Source: Octopus sinensis (Eukaryota). Taken from it: a stretch of DNA of 7,099 nt. The stretch spans positions 1 through 7,099 of the forward strand of contig NW_021828970.1 of assembly GCF_006345805.1 (NCBI RefSeq), read 5' to 3'. Positions 1-7,099 of this stretch are shown here, one piece after another (within the stretch, counting starts at the first letter, position 1; every line of letters begins with the position of its first letter). Below the pieces are notes generated by a model. The model did not search any database. It saw only the letters and a program-made list of their open reading frames with translations, and had not been told where the DNA came from. A program made the translations under genes and the position numbers.

Positions 1-382
1 CACCACCACCACCATCACCACCAGCCCCACCACCAACACCACCAACCACCACCACCACCACTAGCACCAGCACCACCACCAGCACCACCACCAGCACCAC
101 CACCAGCACCAGCACCACTACCACCACCAGCACCACCAACACCAGTACCACCAGCACCAGCACCACCAGCACCAGCACCACCACCACAGTACCAGCACCA
201 CCATCACCACCGCCACCACCATCACCCACCACCACCACCCCACCACCACCACCACCACCACCAACCACCAGCACCACCAGCACCAGCACAGCACTACCAG
301 CACTACCACCACAGTACCACCACCACCACCACCACCACCACCACCAGCACCACCACCACAGTACCACCACCACCAGCAGCAC
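1..382. repeat. (CAC/CAG)n mosaic trinucleotide repeat, running off the window start and decaying into a degenerate tail to about 475
   Basis: Near-continuous CAC units with CAG, CAT, CTA and AGT interruptions, seen directly. Confidence 0.97.
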
Positions 383-547
383 TTACACCATCGCCATTAT
401 CTCCCCAGCCTCCACCGCCACTATCTTCACCCCACCCTCGCAACTATCTCCACCCCCTCCACCATTATCCCCGTCGCTATTCTTGCTTTCGTCTTTGTGC
501 TGCTCTATTAACTCCAAATCTGTCAACTGAGGTGAAATTCTAGTTCT

Positions 548-569
548 ACTTCAATTCCGGAATTGAAGT
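548..569. other. 22-bp perfect palindrome ACTTCAATTCCGGAATTGAAGT
   Basis: The sequence equals its own reverse complement, checked base by base. Confidence 0.9.
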
Positions 570-608
570 TTTTCACTTTACTCGTTTGTTTCGTTACGAA
601 ACATCACG

Positions 609-733
609 CCACCACCACCACCACCACCACCACCACCACCACCACCACCACCACCACCACCACTACCACCATCACCACCACTACTACCACCACCACCACC
701 ACCACCACCACTATCATAATCACCATTATCATC
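609..733. repeat. (CAC)n trinucleotide microsatellite
   Basis: Long pure CAC run with a few CTA/CAT interruptions, degenerating at the 3' end. Confidence 0.97.
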
Positions 734-1224
734 GTCCTCACTTCCTCGGTTATCTTGAAAAAATATGATTTTGTCGGAAGTTTATAAGAAAATCAGGAAA
801 TACAGAATATCTTTTGGATTGTTTTGCTTTTGATTCTGGAGAGAGTGTTAAATTCACATATCGCTACTGTTATGTTAAACTGTCGTATGTCCAAATTTGG
901 TCAAATGTGTTTTTTGTTTCAATATTTAATTTTGCTTGCAATAGTCGGTTCTTTTGGTCAAAACTATCGTATCTCCAGCTGCTTCAGATGAAAAATTGTC
1001 AAAGTGTAGTGCAACGGTTTAGGATGATTTTTCAAAAGTGTAGTAAGTCCCACATACGGCAGTTTTGCAAAAATATTTCTGACTGAAAATATCAAACATG
1101 GATGGAGTTACGATTTTATGCACCCAAAAAGGATTATTATTATTAAGCTGAAACTCTTGCTAATGTAAAGAGAAATGGAATGGGGAAACTATATTTTCGT
1201 TTTCTGAAAAAGCAACGTTTTGGA

Positions 1225-1276
1225 CTCCAGCATGACCGCAGTCAAATAACTGAACGAAATAAAAGAATGAAAGAAT
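1225..1276 (+). mobile_element. Isolated 3' tail module of SINE family 1, in + orientation
   Basis: 1225-1264 matches the reverse complement of 6989-7028 at 31/40 nt. It ends in a short tandem tail (TAAAAGAA-TGAAAGAA) followed by TA repeats. Confidence 0.7.
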
Positions 1277-1282
1277 ATATAT

Positions 1283-1439
1283 AATCGAGCAACTCGACTC
1301 CGGGTCTTATTCTTTTGTAAGCCCAGTACTTATTCAATCGGTCTCTTTTGCCGAACCGCTAAGTAACGGGGACGTAAACACACCAGCATCGGTTGTCAAG
1401 CAATGCTAGAGGACAAACACAGACACAAAAACACACACA

Positions 1440-1477
<38 letters not shown>

Positions 1478-1642
1478 TATGACGGGCTTCTTTCAGTTTC
1501 CGTCTACCAAATCAACTCGCAAGGCTTTGGTCGGCCCGAGGCTATAGTAGAAGACACTTGCCCAAGCTTCCACGCAGTGGGACTGAACCCGGAACCATGT
1601 GGTTGGTAGACAAGCTACTTACCACACAGCCACTCCGGCGCC
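1283..1642 (-). mobile_element. tRNA-derived SINE family 1 (CORE-like, octopus-type), head and body, lacking its 3' tail
   Basis: The minus-strand head GGCGCCGGAGTGGCTGTGTGG has box A-like (1622-1632) and box B-like (1579-1589) motifs. A CTTGGGCAAGT motif, as in the MIR/CORE domain, follows within 1551-1566. There is an internal (CA)/(TA) microsatellite. Paralogous pieces lie at 5118-5187 (about 85%) and 7041-7099 (about 92%). The match to octopus SINEs is from memory. Confidence 0.9.
1579..1632 (-). promoter_or_regulatory. Internal type 2 RNA polymerase III promoter (box A/box B) of the family 1 SINE
   Basis: TGGCTGTGTGG and GGTTCAGTCCC on the minus strand at tRNA-like spacing. Both deviate slightly from consensus. 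Confidence 0.65.
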
Positions 1643-1724
1643 TATATATAAATTTCCTTCGGGTATCAACCCTGGAGTTTAATCTATTTAGCAATATTCG
1701 TAGAATGTATATATCTATTCGCAA

Positions 1725-2022
1725 GGAGAATGGAGTACACAAGTAGTTTTATTGCATAAATTTACAATTGTTTCATGGATATTCGATCTCAAGAATATAA
1801 CTATGATTATGAGATATGCAACTATAGATTGTTCAGGAATTCTTGTACTGAGAAAATCGAACGTCGAGTCTTCAGAGTTATGTATAAAATCCATAGGCTG
1901 GTGTAACTTATATTATCAACAATATATATCCAAAGGAATAAATTGGCCATACTCTTGATATCGAATATCGATGTAACAATTGTAAATATCCGTGGGAAAA
2001 CGACTTGTTCACTCCATGCTCC
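1725..2022. mobile_element. Old foldback/MITE-like element A with 74-bp inverted arms
   Basis: 1725-1798 aligns without gaps to the reverse complement of 1949-2022 at 59/74 nt, and the inner 39 bp match at 35/39. The spacer is 150 bp and TA-rich tracts lie close to both ends. Confidence 0.7.
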
Positions 2023-2046
2023 ATATAAATAATAATATATATATGT

Positions 2047-2340
2047 GGAGGCGCAATGGCCCAGTGGTTAGGGCAGCGGACTCGCGTTCGTAGAATCGCG
2101 GTTTCGATTCCCAGATCGGGCGTTGTGTGTGTTTATTGAGCGAAAACACCTAAAAGTTTCACGAAGCTCCGGCAGGGGGTGGTGGCGATCCCTGCTGTAC
2201 TCTTTCACCACAGGTTTTCACATTCTTTCTTCTGTTGGCCTACTCGCTTAGCCAGCGGGGTGGCGTCATTCGAAGGCTAAAACAATGCGAACGCATTGTG
2301 ACCAGCGATGTGTAGCAAAACCTGATGTTGGTCGGTCACG
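2047..2340 (+). mobile_element. tRNA-derived SINE family 2 (tRNA-Arg-like head), apparently full length
   Basis: Perfect box A TGGCCCAGTGG (2057-2067) and near-consensus box B GTTTCGATTCC (2101-2111). The head resembles eukaryotic tRNA-Arg in the D and anticodon region but has no complete cloverleaf. About 230 bp of unique body follows, with a 3' stem-loop at 2282-2299 and TA runs on both flanks. Confidence 0.85.
2057..2111 (+). promoter_or_regulatory. Internal RNA polymerase III promoter (box A/box B) of the family 2 SINE
   Basis: Matches TRGCNNARYGG exactly and GGTTCGANNCC at 10/11. Confidence 0.75.
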
Positions 2341-2341
2341 G

Positions 2342-2370
2342 ATATATATATATATCTATATATTAAAATA

Positions 2371-2409
<39 letters not shown>

Positions 2410-2562
2410 TATATAATATATATATATATGTATATATTATATATGTATATATATATATGTATATAAATATATATAAATATAGATATATATTATATATATA
2501 TATATAATACATATAAATATAATATATATATATATATACACATATCAATATATATGTATATA

Positions 2563-2603
<41 letters not shown>

Positions 2604-2631
2604 ATATATATATATAATATATATATATATA
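2342..2631. repeat. Degenerate (TA)n microsatellite, about 290 bp
   Basis: Seen directly. Confidence 0.97.
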
Positions 2632-2666
2632 GATAAGAAAGTTTGTTTGCTAAAGCACGTGGGTGA

Positions 2667-2967
2667 ATATATAAGAAAATAGTAAAGTTTGAAAAAACAC
2701 AGAAGGCTTAAATTTAAAAAATATATATTTGTGTCAAAATGTTCTGGAGAATATTGAAACATTTTTTTCCCTTTCCTTAAAATGACATAATTTGAAATTT
2801 GAAAAGCTAACACGCGAAACCGGTAATTTCTTTAAAAATTTAAATTATGTCTTTTAATGAAAGGAAAAAAAATTTTCCAATATTCTCCAGACATTTTGAC
2901 ACAAATATATATTTTTTAACATTTAAGCCTCTGTCGTTTTTTCACACTTTACTATTTTCTTATATAT
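2667..2967. mobile_element. Foldback/MITE-like element B with about 140-bp inverted arms and a 23-bp spacer
   Basis: 2667-2806 aligns to the reverse complement of 2830-2967 with about 13 differences in about 142 columns (about 91%). Both ends merge into TATATA and there is no coding capacity. Confidence 0.85.
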
Positions 2968-3255
2968 ATATATATACATAAACATATATCTGTCTTGTCT
3001 ACGTATATATCTTATCTATTATCAGCAACTTCGTTCCATAGCTTCATAGTTTAAAGTGCAACATATGCGTAAAACTCAGCAAGAATAACATTTTAGATTA
3101 GAAAAAAGTGAGCACTCCTTCTATATGCGACATTTTTTACATGCAGCATGACAAAAAATTCTACCGAGAATGAATAAGAATTTTTGAAGATTTTCGTATA
3201 CGTACTTCTCAACTCCAATGGCAAAGTGATAAATTTCTGGTCTGAGAATCCGCCC

Positions 3256-3874
3256 TCCACCCACCAGCAGCACCACCACCATCACCACCGCCACCACCGC
3301 CACCAGCAGCACCAGCACCAGCATCATCATCAGCAACCCCCAGCACCAGCCCCCCCCCACCGCCAGCAGCAGCACCCAAAAAACCACCACCACCACCCAA
3401 AACGCCCACACCCACACCACAGTAGCCAGCCACCAGCACCACCAGCCACCCGCCGCCGCCACCGCACCACCACCACCAACCACCGCCGCGCCGCCACCAC
3501 CACCACCACCACCACCACCACCACCGCCGCCGCCACACCACCACCACCACCACCGCCGCCGCCGCCGCCACACCACACCAACCACCACCCACCACCACCG
3601 CCGCCGCAACCACCACCACCACCACCAACCGCCGCCTGCCGCCGCCGTCACCCCACCCCCACCACCACCACCACCGCCGCCGCCGCCGCGCCGCGCCGCT
3701 GCCACCGCCGCCGCTGCCCCCGCCGCCACCACCACCACCAGATCACCAGTACCACAGACACAGCACCACCACCAGCACCACCAGCACCACCACCACCACC
3801 GCCGCCGCCACCACCACCACCACCACCACCGCCGCCGTCACCACCACCACCACCACCACCACCACCACCACCAC

Positions 3875-3911
<37 letters not shown>

Positions 3912-4030
3912 ACCAGCACCACCACCAGCACCACCAGCACCACCACCACCACCATCACCACCACCATCACCACCACTAGCACCAGCAGCAGCACCAGTAC
4001 CACCAGCACCACCAGCACCAGCACCAGCAC
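3256..4030. repeat. About 775-bp (CAC/CAG/CGC)n mosaic trinucleotide repeat
   Basis: Seen directly. The middle part shifts phase often and 3743-4030 stays in phase. Confidence 0.97.
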
Positions 4031-4116
4031 TCTGAACCTACCAAACGCTAAATGAATGACTGGATATGTATACGATAATGAGGATTCTTATATTTCTCTT
4101 CTGTACGATTTAATTA

Positions 4117-4228
4117 CGAATTCCTGCTTTCTTTCCTTCTTTCTTTCTTTCTTTCCTTCTTTCTTGTATTCTCTCTTTCTCTCTTCCTTCCTTTTATTTA
4201 TTTATTTATTTTTGTTGTTGTTGTTGTT
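4117..4228. repeat. Compound (CTTT)n/(CT)n-(TTTA)n-(TTG)n microsatellite
   Basis: Seen directly. Confidence 0.9.
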
Positions 4229-4305
4229 CGTGTACCACTCTTTTTTTTCACTTAGAGAGCTTTACTATGACCTCAATATTGATGCTATTTTCGGCAAAAT
4301 CTGAA

Positions 4306-4452
4306 GGTAAAAAAAAGTAAGTCTCTCTGAAAGCGAACGTGGTAATAATGCACAAGATGTATCTACACCGAAAGATTGCTTTTCGCTGACAGTACATCGG
4401 CACCTTTAAAAAACTCTTGGCAGCAGCACAACACTTAAGCGATAAGACTGGA
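4306..4452 (+). pseudogene. Possible decayed Tc1/mariner transposase N-terminal fragment
   Basis: Allowing two frameshifts in A-runs (4309-4316 and 4371-4373) and one stop, it reads GKKKVSLSESERGNNAQDVSTPKIAFR*QYIGTFKKLLAAAQHLSDKTG. This resembles Tc1-like N-termini as I remember them. No TIR or DDE domain is seen. Confidence 0.3.
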
Positions 4453-4499
4453 ATTGTAAACCAAATAACAATATTTTCTTTATCTCTAATCACCTCTAC

Positions 4500-4710
4500 A
4501 AATTTATTTATTTATTTACTAGATTTTTTTTCGTGTATAATCATTATTATCATTTTTTTTCATTTGTTCTCTTACATTTATTTATTTCTATTCATTTATT
4601 TATTTTCCCCCATGCGTATTCGTCTTTTTTCAATCAAATGTTTATTCTGTTTTTTGGAATTTTATTCTGTTGTATCGTAAAAATTTTTATATATTGCTTG
4701 GGTTTTTTTG
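4500..4710. repeat. T-rich low-complexity tract, degenerate (TTTA)n
   Basis: Seen directly. Confidence 0.75.
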
Positions 4711-4825
4711 CATCGAGGCAGTTTTTTGCAGTGTGACGACGATGGCGGTTTGGTGTTCATATGAGTTGTGTTGTTGGCGTAGAGCGGCTGTGGCGGGGGG
4801 GGGGGAGAAGACGAGAACGAGTAAA

Positions 4826-4842
4826 GTACACGCGCGCGCGCG
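4826..4842. other. Alternating purine-pyrimidine tract GTACA(CG)6 with Z-DNA potential
   Basis: (CG)6 at 4831-4842 is preceded by alternating GTACA, and a G11 run lies at 4795-4805. Confidence 0.7.
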
Positions 4843-4866
4843 AATGTGTGTGATTTTTGCATGTGT

Positions 4867-4990
4867 GAGAAAAGAGGAAATGTGGAACGGAAAGAATGAA
4901 GGAAAAGAGGAAAGAGAACAGTGAGAAGGGCAGAGAAAGAGATAAGGAAAGAATAGGAAGAAAACAAAGAGCTACAGAGAATATACAAGC
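4867..4990. repeat. Purine-rich (GA/GAA) low-complexity tract
   Basis: Seen directly. Confidence 0.8.
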
Positions 4991-5041
4991 CATTACACAA
5001 TCAACTATCCACCTACACACATACATAGGGGTTGTGGTGAG

Positions 5042-5117
5042 TATGTATATGTATATTATATAATATATATATATATATATTATTATATATATATATATAG
5101 ATATATATACATATATA
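5042..5117. repeat. (TA)n microsatellite, probably partly the internal microsatellite of the adjacent SINE fragment
   Basis: Seen directly. It occupies the same position relative to the SINE body as 1441-1480 does. Confidence 0.9.
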
Positions 5118-5187
5118 CGATGGCCTTCTTTCAGTTTCCGTCTAACAATCCACTCACAAGGCTTTGGTCAACTCGAGGCTATAGCAG
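5118..5187 (-). mobile_element. Internal fragment of SINE family 1, with no head and no tail
   Basis: Aligns to 1480-1550 with 11 differences in 71 columns (about 85%). Confidence 0.88.
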
Positions 5188-5792
5188 TTTTGGATTAACG
5201 TTGTGTAGTACTATTAACCCATCATCTCTGTGAATTACACTTGCAATGTGTAGGAATTTGTTAAAAGATTTATTTAAAATATATAATAGAATAATCCTTA
5301 GCTCACATCTTCACATCAAAAAAGTTTATTGAAGATGTCTTAGTTCAGCTGCCTCCATATCACCAGGTTATATTTGGTTCATTTAACGAAAATTCAAAAC
5401 AATTATTGAACCGTTTTGTGTTATAATTTCCTTTATAATAAATAACTCTTTATTGATTCATATGATCTGCATTAAAGTTTTAAATTTCTCTTTCGTTTCT
5501 ATGCAATTCTCTTTCTATTTCTTTTTCAATATTTTCCTTGACTATTTGTTTTTGAATATCTTTCGATTCGCAATAATTTCTCCCTCCCCCAATTCTTCCT
5601 AGTATTTCAAACATATACATACTCATATGTTGATAATGTCATTAATGCCTTTAAGACACTGTGAAGCAGCCGAAAGGCGAAAATTTCGAGTTCGTACATC
5701 ACATTTCAGCTGAAACAAATGTCATACTCCGCGTTCTTATCGAGTTCTTTCCTTAAGTATTTAAGTATATAACATCTGTTTCTGTCAGTAGG

Positions 5793-5853
<61 letters not shown>

Positions 5854-5991
5854 TATATATATATTATATATAATATACACATATATATAATATATATATA
5901 TACACATATATATATATAATATATATACACATATATATTATATATATACACATATATATATATATATACACATATATATATATATATATAC

Positions 5992-6047
<56 letters not shown>

Positions 6048-6267
6048 TATATTATATATGTGTATATATATGTATATATGCATGTATATATATATGTATA
6101 TATATTGCATATATACATATACACATATAATAAATATATGTATATATGCATGTATATGTACGTATACACAGACACAGATACAGACACACACATATATGTA
6201 TATACACCTCTATGTGTGTGTTTATATGCATGAATTCTCTCTCTCTCTATGTATGTATGTATCTATC

Positions 6268-6303
<36 letters not shown>

Positions 6304-6360
6304 GTGTGTGTGTACACACTCACACTTATAAATACATATATTTATGCGTGTCTATGTGTG
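5793..6360. repeat. Long compound dinucleotide tract, mainly (TA)n with CA, TG and CT blocks
   Basis: Seen directly. Confidence 0.96.
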
Positions 6361-6377
6361 GGTTTACATATGAACAA

Positions 6378-6526
<149 letters not shown>

Positions 6527-6857
6527 ATCTCTATACCCACATACACATACACACACATGCGTGTCTATGTGTGTGTTTGTATGAGTGTGTGTCTGCGTGC
6601 GAGCGTGTGTGTGCAGCCGGCCTTCACACGCATCTAAGTGTGGATTGGTAACATGTTCCATACTTTTCGTTAATAGTTTTAGGTGTCGATGTAGTCGAAA
6701 GCAGGTCGATACGCTCTTGCACCCTCGCACGTGCACCTTATCTTGCCCTCATTAGTAACAAGTTGTTGACCACCAGGAGGAGCATGTTCGTTGCCTAAAA
6801 TTAGTAATGACTTTAAGCAATCAGCAGAAAGTTTGAGGACAAATTACATACTGCAGA

Positions 6858-6927
6858 AAGTACGATAAAAGAAGTACGATAAAAGAAGAAGGTAAAAGAG
6901 TACGATAAAAGAAGAAGGTAAAAAAAG
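6858..6927. repeat. Short two-unit minisatellite with pattern A-A-B-A-B
   Basis: A = AAGTACGATAAAAG (6858, 6872, and 6899 with one A missing). B = AAGAAGGTAAAAG (6886, and 6912 with a longer A run). Confidence 0.9.
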
Positions 6928-6977
6928 AACAGCCATTAAAAATATGCATATTGAATCACGATATCCTGGAACGGTAA

Positions 6978-7099
6978 TTTTTTTTTTTTTTTACTTGTTT
7001 CAGTCATTTGTCCGCGGCCATGCCTGAGCAACCGCCTTTTAATCGAGCAACTCGACCCCGAGACTTATTCTTTTTGTAAGCCCAGTACTTATTCTATCG
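6978..7099 (-). mobile_element. 3' end of a SINE family 1 copy with intact tail and A15 end, cut by the window edge
   Basis: 7041-7099 matches 1283-1340 at about 92%. The tail module (6993-7040) and T15 run (6978-6992) are directly attached. Confidence 0.88.

Noticed and set aside
118-787. Poly-Thr, poly-His and poly-Val/Trp ORFs
   Set aside because: These are translations of CAC repeats with non-ATG starts and no exon context.
930-1080. Minus-strand peptide FCKTAVCGTYYTFEKSS*TVALHFDNFSSEAAGD, faintly like a CUB-domain end
   Set aside because: It has an in-frame stop, no upstream CUB motifs and no clean donor, and the region's repeated motifs fit a DNA transposon remnant better.
1752-2032. 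68-aa ORF and a neighbouring frame with LINE-endonuclease-like words (YRLFRN, VTIVNIRG)
   Set aside because: The segment is explained by inverted-repeat element A, and the motifs are out of order and split by stops.
2047-2120. Possible tRNA gene
   Set aside because: The acceptor and anticodon stems do not pair, there is no T-run terminator, and it continues into a long body, so it is a SINE head.
2363-2813. Tyr/Ile-rich ORFs here and at 5706-6651
   Set aside because: These are translations of (TA)n and other microsatellites.
2629-3019. Possible outer extension of foldback B (ATAGATAAG / CTTATCTAT)
   Set aside because: It is only a 9-bp AT-rich match, and the intervening flanks do not align.
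3184-4035. 283-aa Pro/His/Thr-rich ORF and the overlapping minus-strand ORFs
   Set aside because: It lies almost entirely in the CAC/CGC repeat, which lacks T on + and so cannot form stops. The composition switches among poly-H, poly-P and poly-T at each slip, and the start is TTG.
5706-5790. Minus-strand peptide RCYILKYLRKELDKNAEYDICFS* and the 12-bp palindrome TTTCAGCTGAAA
   Set aside because: The peptide is short, with a poor acceptor and no recognised homology. A 12-bp AT-rich palindrome is expected by chance.
6858-6927. CRISPR-like or other repeat-spacer array
   Set aside because: The units are directly tandem with no unique spacers, the context is eukaryotic, and there are no cas genes.

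Overview
AT-rich, repeat-saturated animal genomic DNA with no protein-coding gene that I can support. The SINE sequences match, from memory and not from a database search, families abundant in octopus (coleoid cephalopod) genomes. About half the window is simple repeat: three (CAC/CAG/CGC)n tracts, several (TA)n tracts and compound tetranucleotide tracts. These account for nearly all ORFs in the supplied track. The rest holds four pieces of one tRNA-derived SINE family (family 1), one apparently complete copy of a second tRNA-derived SINE (family 2), and two unrelated foldback/MITE-like elements. The foldback arms are about 140 bp at about 91% identity and 74 bp at about 80% identity. Smaller oddities are a SINE whose missing 3' tail module sits beside it in inverted orientation, a 34-bp hairpin flanked by an 8-bp direct repeat, a 22-bp perfect palindrome, a degenerate hammerhead-like motif and a possible decayed Tc1 transposase N-terminus. 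I see no convincing new biological system; the best leads are transposon-related. Identities were counted by hand.
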